Below are positions 16,123 to 25,753 of a DNA stretch of 32,000 nucleotides, in pieces. The first letter of the stretch is position 1; each line of letters opens with the position of its first letter. The DNA comes from Candidatus Nitrospira inopinata (GTDB lineage Bacteria > Nitrospirota > Nitrospiria > Nitrospirales > Nitrospiraceae): contig NZ_LN885086.1 in NCBI RefSeq assembly GCF_001458695.1, forward strand, positions 2,100,001-2,132,000, given 5' to 3'. The notes under the pieces were generated by a model, which was not told where the DNA came from, ran no database searches, and saw nothing but the letters and a program-made list of their open reading frames with translations. Both the position numbers and the translations under genes were made by a program.

Positions 16123-18891
16123 GTGGCAAAGAAATACGTCTACTATTTTGGCGATGGGAAGGCCGAAGGCACTTCGAACATGAAGGAGTTGCTGGGCGGC
16201 AAGGGCGCGGGCCTGGCGGAGATGACCAATTTGGGCATCTCGGTTCCTCCGGGGTTTACGATTTCGACGGAGGCCTGCGTGGAGTATTACAAGCTCGGAA
16301 AGAAATATCCGCCGGGCATGTGGGACGCCACGTTGCAGGCCCTCAAGCGCGTGGAGCGCTCGATGGGATTGAGATTCGGCGATCCCGCGCGGCCGCTGCT
16401 GGTCTCGGTGCGCTCTGGCGCGCGCGCCTCCATGCCGGGCATGATGGACACCGTGTTGAACGTCGGATTGACGACCAAAACGGTCGAAGGACTGGCGGCC
16501 AGAACCCGCAACGACCGATTCGCCCAAGACAGTTACCGGCGCTTCGTGTCGATGTTCGGCAGCATCGTCATGGGCGTGCCTCGCGAACATTTTGAAGCCA
16601 TCTTAAAGCACAAGAAGGAAGAGGTGGGGGTCGAGCACGAAACGCATCTGGACGCCAGACACCTTCGGGAACTGGTGGTGAGCTTCAAGGCGCTGGTCAA
16701 GGAAGAGACGAAGAAAGACTTTCCCGACGATCCGCTGGAGCAGTTGCGCATGGCGATCAACGCGGTGTTTTCATCCTGGTTCGGAGCCAGGGCGATTACC
16801 TATCGCCGCTTATACGGAATTCCGGATTCCTGGGGCACGGCGGTCAACGTGGTGGCCATGGTGTTCGGCAACATGGGAGAGACGAGCGGAACGGGAGTGG
16901 CGTTCACCCGCAGTCCGGTCACCGGCGATCGCGTCTTTTTCGGCGAATGCCTGATGAACGCGCAGGGAGAGGACGTGGTGGCCGGCATCAGAACTCCCCT
17001 GCCGGTCGCCGAGCTCGCCAAGAAGGTGCCGGAGGCCTACAAGGAACTCGAACAGACCTATAAGAAGCTCGAAAAACACTACCGCGACATGCTCGACCTG
17101 GAGTTTACGATCCAGGAGGGCAAGCTCTACATGTTGCAAACCAGGGTCGGCAAGCGGACCGGCATCGCCGCCGTCAAGATCGCCGTGGACATGGTCAAAG
17201 AGGGACTGATCTCCAAGCAGGAGGCGGTGCAGCGAATCGGACCGGATCAACTGGCGCAGTATCTCTATCCCATTTTCGATTCAAAGGAGGAGGCCAAGGC
17301 CAATCCCTTGGGGAAAGGATTGCCGGCCGGACCGGGGGCGGCGGCGGGCAGAATCGCGCTGACTCCGGATCGAGCGGTGGAGATGAAGGCGGCTGGCGAC
17401 CGCGTCGTGCTGGTCCGACAGGAGACCAGTCCCGACGATATTCACGGGATGAACGCGGCGGCCGGATTTCTGACGGCCCGTGGAGGCATGACGTCCCATG
17501 CGGCCGTCGTCGCCAGGCAAATGGGGAGGGTCTGCGTGGCGGGCTGCGAAGCCGTTGAAGTGGACGGGCAGAGCGTGAAGATCGGAGGAAAGGTCTTCCG
17601 TGAAGGAGACTATATTTCGATCAACGGGTCCACGGGCAACGTGTACGAGGGCGATATTCCCGTGGTCGAATCGGAGGTCATCCAAGTCATTCAAGGCACG
17701 TTGGACCCGGCGAAATCGGAGAAATACCAGCGGTTCGCGACGATTTTGTCCTGGGCCGACAAGTACCGCCGCCTGCGGGTGCGGGCCAACGCCGATATTC
17801 CGGAGCAGGCGCGGATTGCTCGCGGCTTCGGCGCGGAGGGGATCGGGCTTTGCCGAACGGAGCACATGTTTTTCGCCGAAGACCGCGTTCCGATCATGCA
17901 GAAGATGATTTTGGCCCGCACCAAAGAAGAGCGGGAAAAGTACCTGGATCAGTTGTTGCCTCTTCAACGGCAGGATTTCATCGGGTTGTATCGTGAGATG
18001 CAGGGATATCCGGTCACGATTCGACTGCTTGATCCTCCGTTGCACGAGTTTCTCCCCAAACGGGAAGACCTGATGGTCGAGATCGCGCAACTCGAATTGA
18101 CGGGAAAAGACGGGGCCGCGCTCGAGGAAAAACGGCGGCTGCTCGCGCGCGTCGAAGAGTTGCACGAGTTCAATCCGATGCTCGGACTGCGCGGTTGCCG
18201 GTTGGGAATCACGATGCCCGAGATCACCAGAATGCAGGCCCGGGCCATCGTGGAGGCAGCCTGCGAACTGGCGAAGGAAGGCAAAAAAATCGTGCCGGAA
18301 ATCATGATCCCTCTGGTCGGCATGGCCTCGGAAATGAAGTCGCAGAAAGATTTGGTCCGCGAGGTCGCCCAGGAGACGATGAAACGGTACAATGTCAAAC
18401 TGTCCTACCTGGTCGGTACGATGATCGAGTTGCCGCGGGCGGCGATGACGGCGGAGCGCATCGCCGAGGAAGCCGAGTTTTTCTCTTTCGGGACCAATGA
18501 TTTGACCCAAACCACGTTCGGATTCTCACGCGACGACGCGGCCAAGTTCATCGATTATTACCGGACTATCAACATCATGGACTCCGACCCCTTTGCCGTC
18601 TTGGATCGAGAGGGAGTCGGAGCCTTGATGCAGCGGGCCATCAGCGGCGGACGCAAGACGAGGCCGGGTATTAAACTCGGCATTTGCGGGGAACACGGCG
18701 GCGATCCGAGCTCGGTCGAGTTTTGTCATCAACTCGGATTGGATTACGTCAGTTGCTCCCCCTATCGCGTGGCGATCGCCAGACTGGCCGCCGCCCACGC
18801 CGCGCTGGCCGAAGCCGGTGAGAAACCGTCCGGTAAAAAACCGTCGAAGACCGTGGTAAAGGCGAAAGCGCCCTCGCGCAAGAAGCGGTGA
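16123..18891 (+). CDS. ppdK: Pyruvate, phosphate dikinase
   Basis: MAKKYVYYFGDG N-terminus. GGMTSHAAVVARQMG phospho-histidine motif. GICGEHGGDPSSV in the C-terminal PEP-utilising domain. SD AAGGAG lies upstream of GTG 16123. Confidence 0.95.
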   Translation: MAKKYVYYFGDGKAEGTSNMKELLGGKGAGLAEMTNLGISVPPGFTISTEACVEYYKLGKKYPPGMWDATLQALKRVERSMGLRFGDPARPLLVSVRSGARASMPGMMDTVLNVGLTTKTVEGLAARTRNDRFAQDSYRRFVSMFGSIVMGVPREHFEAILKHKKEEVGVEHETHLDARHLRELVVSFKALVKEETKKDFPDDPLEQLRMAINAVFSSWFGARAITYRRLYGIPDSWGTAVNVVAMVFGNMGETSGTGVAFTRSPVTGDRVFFGECLMNAQGEDVVAGIRTPLPVAELAKKVPEAYKELEQTYKKLEKHYRDMLDLEFTIQEGKLYMLQTRVGKRTGIAAVKIAVDMVKEGLISKQEAVQRIGPDQLAQYLYPIFDSKEEAKANPLGKGLPAGPGAAAGRIALTPDRAVEMKAAGDRVVLVRQETSPDDIHGMNAAAGFLTARGGMTSHAAVVARQMGRVCVAGCEAVEVDGQSVKIGGKVFREGDYISINGSTGNVYEGDIPVVESEVIQVIQGTLDPAKSEKYQRFATILSWADKYRRLRVRANADIPEQARIARGFGAEGIGLCRTEHMFFAEDRVPIMQKMILARTKEEREKYLDQLLPLQRQDFIGLYREMQGYPVTIRLLDPPLHEFLPKREDLMVEIAQLELTGKDGAALEEKRRLLARVEELHEFNPMLGLRGCRLGITMPEITRMQARAIVEAACELAKEGKKIVPEIMIPLVGMASEMKSQKDLVREVAQETMKRYNVKLSYLVGTMIELPRAAMTAERIAEEAEFFSFGTNDLTQTTFGFSRDDAAKFIDYYRTINIMDSDPFAVLDREGVGALMQRAISGGRKTRPGIKLGICGEHGGDPSSVEFCHQLGLDYVSCSPYRVAIARLAAAHAALAEAGEKPSGKKPSKTVVKAKAPSRKKR

Positions 18892-19997
18892 CGCGCGATC
18901 TTGATTTCATGGCCCTCGCTCTCCGTCTCGCCGAGAAAGGCCGGGGGACGGCCGGCCCCAATCCGATGGTCGGCGCCGTCGTCGTCAGAGAGGGGCGAAT
19001 CGTCGGCCGGGGGTTTCATCTCCGCCCCGGCCTTCCCCATGCCGAAATCCTGGCTCTTCGTCAAGCAGGAGATCTTGCCGCGGGCGCGACGCTCTACGTC
19101 ACGCTCGAGCCCTGTTGCCACCAGAAGAAACGAACGCCCCCCTGCGTTCCGGCCGTGATCGGCTCCGGTATTCGTCGCGTGGTCGTCGCCATGACCGATC
19201 CCAATCCGTCGGTCAGGGGAAGGGGCGTGGCCGCGCTCCGCCGGGCCGGACTTGCGGTGACGGTCGGTGTCGCCCGACAGGAGGCCGAGGAATTGAACAG
19301 GGCTTACTCTCATTGGATGAAGACGAAACGTCCCTACGTCACGTTAAAGGCCGGCATGACGCTGGACGGAAAAATCGCCACGGCGACCGGGGAATCGAGG
19401 TGGATCACCGGTCAACCGTCGCGTCGAGAAGTTCATCGGCTTCGCCGTGAGGTGGATGCCGTCCTGGTCGGCGTAGGGACGGTGATGCGGGATGATTCAT
19501 CGTTGACCGCGCGGACCGGCCCGCGGCTCGCCAGGTTGGCCGAAAGACAGCCGCTCCGCATCGTCGTGGACAGCCGATTGCGCATCCCGCCGAATGCCAG
19601 GATCTTGGCGCAACAGGAAGCTGCGAAGACGGTGGTGGCCACGACCGCGTTGGCCGATCCTGTCAGGAAGCGGGCGTTGCTCGAACGAGGGATCGAGGTC
19701 CTCACGCTTCCCGTCGTGGGAGGAAGCGTCTCGCTGGCCGCCCTGATGAGCGATCTCGGCCGGAGGGGAATTATCTCGGTCTTGTTGGAGGGCGGCGGCA
19801 AGCTGAATGCCGCCATGCTGAAGGCGCGACTCGTCCAGCGCGTCCGTCTCTATGTCGCGCCGCTGTTGCTCGGCGGCGATGACGCGAAAAGCCTTATCGG
19901 AGGAAAAGGCCCGGCTCGCCTGGCTTCAGCGACGAGACTGCGTCATCTGACGACTCGCGCGGTCGGCGGCGATCTGGTCGTTGAGGGCGATCTATGA
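18888..19997 (+). CDS. ribD: Bifunctional riboflavin biosynthesis protein RibD (pyrimidine deaminase / uracil reductase)
   Basis: DFMALALRLAEKGRGTAGPNPMVGAVVV, and the zinc motif HAEILAL...LEPCCHQKKRTPPC. GTG 18888 overlaps the ppdK stop (GTGA). The alternative ATG 18909 would remove conserved N-terminal residues. Confidence 0.9.
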   Translation: MTRDLDFMALALRLAEKGRGTAGPNPMVGAVVVREGRIVGRGFHLRPGLPHAEILALRQAGDLAAGATLYVTLEPCCHQKKRTPPCVPAVIGSGIRRVVVAMTDPNPSVRGRGVAALRRAGLAVTVGVARQEAEELNRAYSHWMKTKRPYVTLKAGMTLDGKIATATGESRWITGQPSRREVHRLRREVDAVLVGVGTVMRDDSSLTARTGPRLARLAERQPLRIVVDSRLRIPPNARILAQQEAAKTVVATTALADPVRKRALLERGIEVLTLPVVGGSVSLAALMSDLGRRGIISVLLEGGGKLNAAMLKARLVQRVRLYVAPLLLGGDDAKSLIGGKGPARLASATRLRHLTTRAVGGDLVVEGDL

Positions 19998-21280
19998 TCG
20001 GTTCGATCCTTGGCGCAGCCCTTCTTGTGTGGATCGGTTGGCAGCCGGTTGACGGTCGCGCCGAGAGCGGAAACGAACCATCGGGCGACCTGGCGGCCAA
20101 GGTGTTCCGGTATCTGGATGCCGGAACGATCGAGGACGCCGATCGTCGGTTGCAAGAGATCCTGACCCATCCGGAATCGTCCATTGAACGAGTGGGCGAA
20201 ATCATCAGAACGGGACGATCCTACGGTGAACAGCCGACCGGCACCGTTCCTGATTTGCACGTGGCGGTTCGGGGGAAGTTCTATTCCGTGTCCATCGCCG
20301 TCCCCGTGTCATATCACCCATCAAGAAGCATAGGCTTGGTCGTCTGTTTGCACGGAGCCGGTTTTGACGGCGAAGCCTATCTGGAACGGTGGCGGGAGCG
20401 ATTGGGTGATGCGTACATCTTGGCCTGTCCGACCTATCCGTCCGGGGCGTGGTTTACGCGACGGGCCGAAGAGTTGGTGTTGGCGACCATTCATGATCTT
20501 CTGAGGAGATACCGCATTGATCCGAACCGGATTTTTTTGACCGGCATGTCGAACGGCGGCATCGGAACGCTGCTGATCGGAATGCACCACGCTCCGTTGT
20601 TCGCGGGCATCGCGCCGATGGCCGGTGGGTTGGACCGTGTGCTGATGCCGTTTCTGGAGAACCTCCGCAATACACCGGTCTACATCATTCATGGAGCAAA
20701 AGATGAGGTCATGCCGGTGGAACTGAGTCGATCCATCGTGCGAGAGCTGGAAGCGTTGGGCTATCCCTATATCTATCGGGAGCACCAACGGGAACATCCC
20801 ATGGCGGGAGGCCACTATTTCCCACGGGAGGAGCTTCCGGATCTCGTCGCGTGGCTCGGCGGTCGCCGTCGCGATCCGCTACCGACCCGGCTCACGGTCG
20901 TGCGGGATGCGAGCCACCTTCAACCGTTCGGGTGGGTGCGTGTGGATGCGACCGATCGGATCGCGGCCTTTTCCGACGACTTAGTCGACAGGACGGACGA
21001 ACGGATCAGACGGCGGGAATACGCCAGGCTCGATGCCTCCATCGTAGAGGCGAATCGCATCGAAGTGAAGACGGAGCGGATTCGGCGGTACAGCCTGTTT
21101 TTGAATGATCGCCTGATCGACCCGTCCAAGCCGGTCGCCGTGGTCACCAACGGACGGGTTTCGTTCGAGGGGCTGGTCGTTCCGTCGCTTAAAACCTTGC
21201 TTCAGCAGGCGAGGCTCCGACAAACGGCCGATGAGCTCTTCCCCGTTCACTTGACGATTGCGGTCGAGGATCAGCCGTGA
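19994..21280 (+). CDS. Exported alpha/beta-hydrolase (esterase / PHB-depolymerase-like) with an extra C-terminal domain
   Basis: Hydrophobic N-terminus MIGSILGAALLVWIGW. Nucleophile elbow GMSNGG, IIHGAKDEVMP, and His in REHPMAGGH. ATG 19994 overlaps the ribD stop (ATGA). Confidence 0.72.
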   Translation: MIGSILGAALLVWIGWQPVDGRAESGNEPSGDLAAKVFRYLDAGTIEDADRRLQEILTHPESSIERVGEIIRTGRSYGEQPTGTVPDLHVAVRGKFYSVSIAVPVSYHPSRSIGLVVCLHGAGFDGEAYLERWRERLGDAYILACPTYPSGAWFTRRAEELVLATIHDLLRRYRIDPNRIFLTGMSNGGIGTLLIGMHHAPLFAGIAPMAGGLDRVLMPFLENLRNTPVYIIHGAKDEVMPVELSRSIVRELEALGYPYIYREHQREHPMAGGHYFPREELPDLVAWLGGRRRDPLPTRLTVVRDASHLQPFGWVRVDATDRIAAFSDDLVDRTDERIRRREYARLDASIVEANRIEVKTERIRRYSLFLNDRLIDPSKPVAVVTNGRVSFEGLVVPSLKTLLQQARLRQTADELFPVHLTIAVEDQP

Positions 21281-21425
21281 GCGGCGGAGGGCGGTGTCGC
21301 CGTGCGAAGGCTTCGAGGGGTGGATTGGGTGGCCGTCCCGCTCGGCTCGTTCTTGCCGAGAAGGCTCCGGTTTGGAGAGAGCTGTCGCAGGTTCAACCTT
21401 CCGGTCGCGCGAGAGCGTTGCGGCC

Positions 21426-22595
21426 ATGACGACTTCCCGCAGCTTCGCGTTGATCTGTACGGTCGGGGTCTTTTGTTTCATCAGTTACAACATGGTGCGG
21501 ATGCCGGCTTTGTCGCTGTTCGCCGAATCGCTCGGCGCGGGCCCGGAACGGATCGGACTGGTCGTTTCCGTTTCAACCCTGACCGGCGTTCTGCTGAAGC
21601 TGCCGGCCGGGGCTCTGTCCGATCTGTACGGCAGGCGCATGCTGTTACGGGTTGGTGTTGTCGCGTTCGGGCTGCCGCCGTTTCTTTACCCCTTCGTAAG
21701 CGACGTCAACGTCCTGACCCTGTTACGGTTTGTTCATGGACTCGCCACGGCCGTTTTCGCTCCCAGCGCGCTGGCGACGGTCGCCGAGCTCTACCGTGAA
21801 CGGCGCGGCGCGGCGTTGGGCACCTATACGGCCTGCACGCAATCGGGAGCCTTGCTGGGGCCGTTTCTCGGAGGGTTTCTGGTGCACAATGCGGGCTTTC
21901 CCACGACGTTCGTGACGGCGGGCCTCTTCGGCTGCGTCGGCATGGCGTTGTTTTACAGCCTGCCGTTGAACGTCGCGACTCCGTCGGTCCAAGACAAGCG
22001 ATTGGCGGCGGTATGGTCCGAGATGTGGAAGGGATTCGCGGCGGTCGCGAGAAACACAAAGGTGTTGGTCACCAGCGTGACCGACGCGGCGAAGATGATC
22101 GCCAATGGGGCCTTGATGGCCTTTTTGCCGTTGTACGGAGTCAAGGCCGGGCTCAATCCGGGAGAAGTGGGGCTCCTATTCAGTGTTCAAGCCTTCACCT
22201 CATTTTTTTCCAAGCCGATTATGGGGCGGGTGTCCGATCGGATCGGACGCCGGCCTCTGATTCTGTTCGGGCTTCTCGTATGCGCGGCGACGTTCGTCTG
22301 TATTCCCCGGGTATCGTTGTTTCCCGCCCTGCTTGTACTCTCGGCCGGCTTCGGCTTCGGCGAAGCCGTCGTGTCTTCCTCCTCGTCGGCTCTGGTGGCG
22401 GACAGTTCCGAGTTCAAACGACTGGGCGCCGGCATGGGGATGCAGGGAACGATCATGGACATCGGCCACGCGAGCGGGCCCCTGTTGGCCGGTCTGTTGA
22501 TCGCGCGGCTGAGCTACGAAGAAGCCTTCGCCGTCATCGCGGCCATTCAACTCGCGGCCGGAGGTCTGTTCTGGGCGGCGACGAGACGCCGATAG
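21426..22595 (+). CDS. MFS transporter
   Basis: About 12 hydrophobic segments. MFS motif A GALSDLYGRRMLL, and a second copy SDRIGRRPLILFG in the C-terminal half. ATG 21426 is chosen because the ORF-track start at 21258 overlaps the hydrolase gene. Confidence 0.8.
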   Translation: MTTSRSFALICTVGVFCFISYNMVRMPALSLFAESLGAGPERIGLVVSVSTLTGVLLKLPAGALSDLYGRRMLLRVGVVAFGLPPFLYPFVSDVNVLTLLRFVHGLATAVFAPSALATVAELYRERRGAALGTYTACTQSGALLGPFLGGFLVHNAGFPTTFVTAGLFGCVGMALFYSLPLNVATPSVQDKRLAAVWSEMWKGFAAVARNTKVLVTSVTDAAKMIANGALMAFLPLYGVKAGLNPGEVGLLFSVQAFTSFFSKPIMGRVSDRIGRRPLILFGLLVCAATFVCIPRVSLFPALLVLSAGFGFGEAVVSSSSSALVADSSEFKRLGAGMGMQGTIMDIGHASGPLLAGLLIARLSYEEAFAVIAAIQLAAGGLFWAATRRR

Positions 22596-22619
22596 GTTGC
22601 CGGCTGGGATTGTCGGCGA

Positions 22620-22628
22620 TGTTATAAT
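22620..22628 (+). promoter_or_regulatory. Extended -10 element TGTTATAAT upstream of ribE
   Basis: Perfect TGnTATAAT at 22620-22628, about 80 nt upstream of the ribE ATG. There is no convincing -35 element at 17 nt. Confidence 0.3.
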
Positions 22629-22710
22629 GGTCGCGAGGCGAGTGGGGAAGATGATGTTGGCCGTCGCATGCGTATGATGCGTGCGTATTAATATGATGGA
22701 GCGCTGAAGC

Positions 22711-23370
22711 ATGTTCACAGGCATCGTCGAGGAAATGGGCGCGGTGGTGTCCGTGGAGAAGACGTTGAAGGGCGCCAGGCTGACTGTTTTGGCCTCGATC
22801 GTGATGGACGATCTCAAGATCGGCGACAGTGTGAGCGTCAACGGCGTGTGTTTGACGGCGGTCTCGATCGGCAAGAACGACTTTTCCGTGGATGTGTCCC
22901 CGGAGACGCTTGCCGTGACCACGTTGGGCGGAGTCGCCGTCGGCGCTCCGGTCAATTTGGAGCGGGCGATGCGTTTCAACGAACGCATCGGCGGGCATCT
23001 GGTGGCCGGTCACGTGGACGGGGTCGGCGTCGTCAAGAGTCGGCGGCAGGAAGGCGAGTCCATCGTGATGACCGTCGAAGCGCCGTCGTCGATCTTGCGG
23101 TACTGCGTGACCAAGGGCTCGATCGCGGTGGACGGCGTCAGCCTGACGATCAATGAGGTCACCGATCGTGCCTTCAGCGTCGCCATTATTCCCCATACGG
23201 CCAAGGTGACGACCTTGGGGCTCAAGCAGGTGAACGAGTTCCTCAATCTTGAGTCGGACTTGATCGGCAAGTATGTCGAGCGATTGCTTCAGGAACGGAG
23301 TCAGCTTCCCAAAACCAAAGCCCCTCCGGTCATCGACACGGACTATCTTCAGAAGCGGGGCTTGATCTGA
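22711..23370 (+). CDS. ribE: Riboflavin synthase (alpha chain)
   Basis: MFTGIVEEMGAV N-terminus, plus the duplicated lumazine-binding repeats GDSVSVNGVCLT and GSIAVDGVSLT. Confidence 0.92.
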   Translation: MFTGIVEEMGAVVSVEKTLKGARLTVLASIVMDDLKIGDSVSVNGVCLTAVSIGKNDFSVDVSPETLAVTTLGGVAVGAPVNLERAMRFNERIGGHLVAGHVDGVGVVKSRRQEGESIVMTVEAPSSILRYCVTKGSIAVDGVSLTINEVTDRAFSVAIIPHTAKVTTLGLKQVNEFLNLESDLIGKYVERLLQERSQLPKTKAPPVIDTDYLQKRGLI

Positions 23371-23405
23371 CGGATTCTTGAGATGGGCCGGAAGTCGGCC
23401 GAACC

Positions 23406-23579
23406 TCACGGCTCATTCCGCGCCGAAGAACGATAGAAGAAATACAGACCGATTCCGGAGAAGACGGAGACGACGATCACCACCAACAGTTGGACATCGA
23501 AGCTGAGCGGGCCGACGAAGACCTTGTAACCCTGCACGACAATGACCGGGAGCGCCACCGCGCCGGCGAGCGCGATCAT
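23406..23579 (-). CDS. Hypothetical small two-helix membrane protein downstream of acs
   Basis: MIALAGAVALPVIVVQGY...LLVVIVVSVFSGIGLYFFY predicts two TM helices. It is on the same strand as acs and directly downstream. The ORF stays open to a GTG at 23630, only 5 nt after the acs stop. No family recognised. Confidence 0.4.
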   Translation of the reverse strand: MIALAGAVALPVIVVQGYKVFVGPLSFDVQLLVVIVVSVFSGIGLYFFYRSSARNEP

Positions 23580-23635
23580 GTGCCGTCGCAAGTAAATGGG
23601 CTCGCCCGGCCTTCTCCCGCCCCTTCCCACGACCG

Positions 23636-25525
23636 TTACTCCTCGATCGTTGAAAGATCGCCGGGGTCCTGACCCAGTTCTTTGGCTTTCAGAACCCGCC
23701 GCATGATTTTCCCGGACCTGGTTTTGGGCAGCGAGGAGACGATGTCGATCTCTGAGGGCACGGCGATCTTGCCCAGCTCCTTGAGCACATGGTCTTTAAT
23801 TGATTTGATCAGCGCCGGACTGTCCTGCTCGCCTTGTTTGAGGATGATGAAGGCCTTGATGGATTCGCCCACCGTTTTGTGCGGCTTGCCGATCACCGCC
23901 GCTTCCGCGATGGCGGGGTGGCTGACTAAGGCGCTCTCCACTTCGGCGGTACCCAGCCGGTTTCCCGCGACCTTGATGACGTCGTCCGCCCGGCCCATGA
24001 ACCAGAAGTAGCCGTCTTCGTCCTTGTGGCAGACGTCCCCGGCGGTATAGCAGTTGGGAATCGTATTCCAATAGGTCTGATACCGTTCAGGATCTTTGTA
24101 GATCGTGCGCATCATCGAGGGCCAAGGTTTCTTGATGACGGCCAAACCGCCGACGTTGGGAAGCAGGCTGTTGCCTTCGCGATCGACCACGTCAGCCTCG
24201 ACGCCCAAGAACGGCTTGGCGGCGGAACCGGGTTTGAGCGGCATGGAAGGGAGCGGCGTGACGAGGATGGCGCCGGTTTCCGTCTGCCACCAGGTGTCCA
24301 TGACGGGTTTATCTCCTCCGGTGACGCGGTGGAACCACTCCCAGGCTTCCGGGTTGATCGGTTCGCCGACGCTGCCGAGGATGCGGAGCGACGACAAGTC
24401 ATATTTTGCCGGCCACTCCTCGCCGTAACGCATCAGGAGTCGAATTGCGGTCGGGGTGGTGTAAAAAATGGATACGCCGTACCGTTCGATCAGGTCCCAC
24501 CAGCGGCCGGGAGTGGGATAGTCGGGTTTGCCTTCGGCGGTCAGGATCGTTGCGCCGTTGAGCAAAGGTCCATAGACGATGTAGCTGTGCCCCGTGACCC
24601 AGCCGGGATCGGCTACGCAAAAGTACACGTCGTCGTCTTTGAGATCGAAGACATACTTGGTCGTGATGTATGTACCCACCATGTAGCCCCCGTGGACGTG
24701 GACCACGCCCTTGGGTTTGCCGGTCGTGCCCGACGTGTACAGGATGTACAGAGGTGCTTCGGCATCGAGGGGTTCCGCCGGACAGATCGCCGATTCGCTG
24801 CGTATCCATTCGTGCCAGTCGAGTTCCTTGGGTGTCGAAAGCGGATGTTCGGACGGTTGGCGGCGCACGATAACGACGTGGTTCACCGTCGGACAGCTCT
24901 TGAGGGCTTCATCCACCACCGATTTCAACGGAATCGTCTTGCCCCTGTCGAATCCCACGTCGGCGGTGATGACCGCCTTGGACTCGGCGTCATGGATGCG
25001 GCTGGCGAGGGCCGGGGCGCTGAAGCCGGAATAGACCACGCTGTGAATCGCTCCGATTCTGGCGCAGGCCAGCATGGCGATCATCTGTTCGGGAATCTTT
25101 GGAAGATAAATGGTCACTCGATCGCCTTTCGCGATGCCGAGTTTCTTGAGCGCGTTGGCGCAGCGGTTGACTTGGCGATAGAGCTCCGCGTAAGTGAAAA
25201 TGCGCTCTTGATCGTGTTCCCCCACCCAGATCAGCGCCACCTTGTTCTTGCGCCAAGTGCGAACGTGGCGATCGAGACAATTGTAGGCGATGTTGCAGGT
25301 GGCGCCGACGAACCATTTGGCCCAGGGATAGTTCCACTCAAGAACGGTGTGCCAGGGAGAAAACCATTCTAATTCCCGCGCCGCGTTGCTCCAAAACCCT
25401 TGCGGATCGGCGATGGATTTTTTGTACTCGGTGTCATAGTCCTTGACGTAGGCGTTGGCGACGGTCTGGGCGGAGGGACGGTGCAGTCGGCTTTCTTTCA
25501 AAAGGGTTTCGATCTCCTCGGTCAT
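23636..25525 (-). CDS. acs: Acetyl-CoA synthetase (AMP-forming)
   Basis: [15 protein letters not shown]-binding motif. WWQTETG, and the C-terminal [15 protein letters not shown] 25525 is preceded by SD GGAAGGAGG. The upstream extension to 25666 is rejected. Confidence 0.93.
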   Translation of the reverse strand: MTEEIETLLKESRLHRPSAQTVANAYVKDYDTEYKKSIADPQGFWSNAARELEWFSPWHTVLEWNYPWAKWFVGATCNIAYNCLDRHVRTWRKNKVALIWVGEHDQERIFTYAELYRQVNRCANALKKLGIAKGDRVTIYLPKIPEQMIAMLACARIGAIHSVVYSGFSAPALASRIHDAESKAVITADVGFDRGKTIPLKSVVDEALKSCPTVNHVVIVRRQPSEHPLSTPKELDWHEWIRSESAICPAEPLDAEAPLYILYTSGTTGKPKGVVHVHGGYMVGTYITTKYVFDLKDDDVYFCVADPGWVTGHSYIVYGPLLNGATILTAEGKPDYPTPGRWWDLIERYGVSIFYTTPTAIRLLMRYGEEWPAKYDLSSLRILGSVGEPINPEAWEWFHRVTGGDKPVMDTWWQTETGAILVTPLPSMPLKPGSAAKPFLGVEADVVDREGNSLLPNVGGLAVIKKPWPSMMRTIYKDPERYQTYWNTIPNCYTAGDVCHKDEDGYFWFMGRADDVIKVAGNRLGTAEVESALVSHPAIAEAAVIGKPHKTVGESIKAFIILKQGEQDSPALIKSIKDHVLKELGKIAVPSEIDIVSSLPKTRSGKIMRRVLKAKELGQDPGDLSTIEE

Positions 25526-25573
25526 GAATGACGACCTCCTTCCATATTGATTGAGAGGCTCCCCCTGGCGTGC

Positions 25574-25602
25574 ATTATGGAGAAAACACGATTCGCCTGC
25601 AA
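25574..25602 (-). promoter_or_regulatory. Putative sigma-70 promoter TTGCAG-N17-CATAAT for acs
   Basis: The minus strand reads TTGCAG (25602-25597), a 17-nt spacer, then CATAAT (25579-25574). This is about 45 nt upstream of the acs ATG. Confidence 0.35.
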
Positions 25603-25679
25603 GCCAATGGAGGGCGTGGACGATGCTCAGATCAGCGGGAGATCGCGTTGCGCAAACGCCGCCCATGACCGACTGATTC

Positions 25680-25708
25680 TTGACAGTGCCGGAGGCCGAC
25701 GGTAGGCT
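25680..25708 (+). promoter_or_regulatory. Putative sigma-70 promoter TTGACA-N17-TAGGCT for the caspase-like gene
   Basis: TTGACA at 25680-25685, an exact 17-nt spacer, then TAGGCT at 25703-25708. This is about 45 nt upstream of ATG 25754. Confidence 0.4.
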
Positions 25709-25753
25709 GAGCCGCGGGTTTTTCTTGCTTCATCGTTGAGAGTGCGGAGGACG

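Noticed and set aside
17281-18510. 409-aa ORF antisense to ppdK
   Set aside because: It is a shadow frame of a highly conserved gene, with Arg/Leu/Pro-rich nonsense-like composition.
21281-22710. Possible FMN riboswitch in the gaps next to the rib genes or the MFS transporter (21281-21425 and 22596-22710)
   Set aside because: I could not find the conserved RFN core elements (for example GGGTGAAATTCCC, CCGACGGT, GATGGGAG-like blocks) by eye. An Rfam covariance-model scan would be needed to be certain.
22200-23409. Two long minus-strand ORFs (262 aa and 291 aa) spanning the end of the MFS gene, the intergenic region and ribE
   Set aside because: They are antisense to the MFS and ribE genes, which have clear signatures. 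There is no SD and no motifs.
24026-25372. 448-aa plus-strand ORF inside acs
   Set aside because: It is antisense to acetyl-CoA synthetase, with Arg/Gly/Asp-rich shadow composition.
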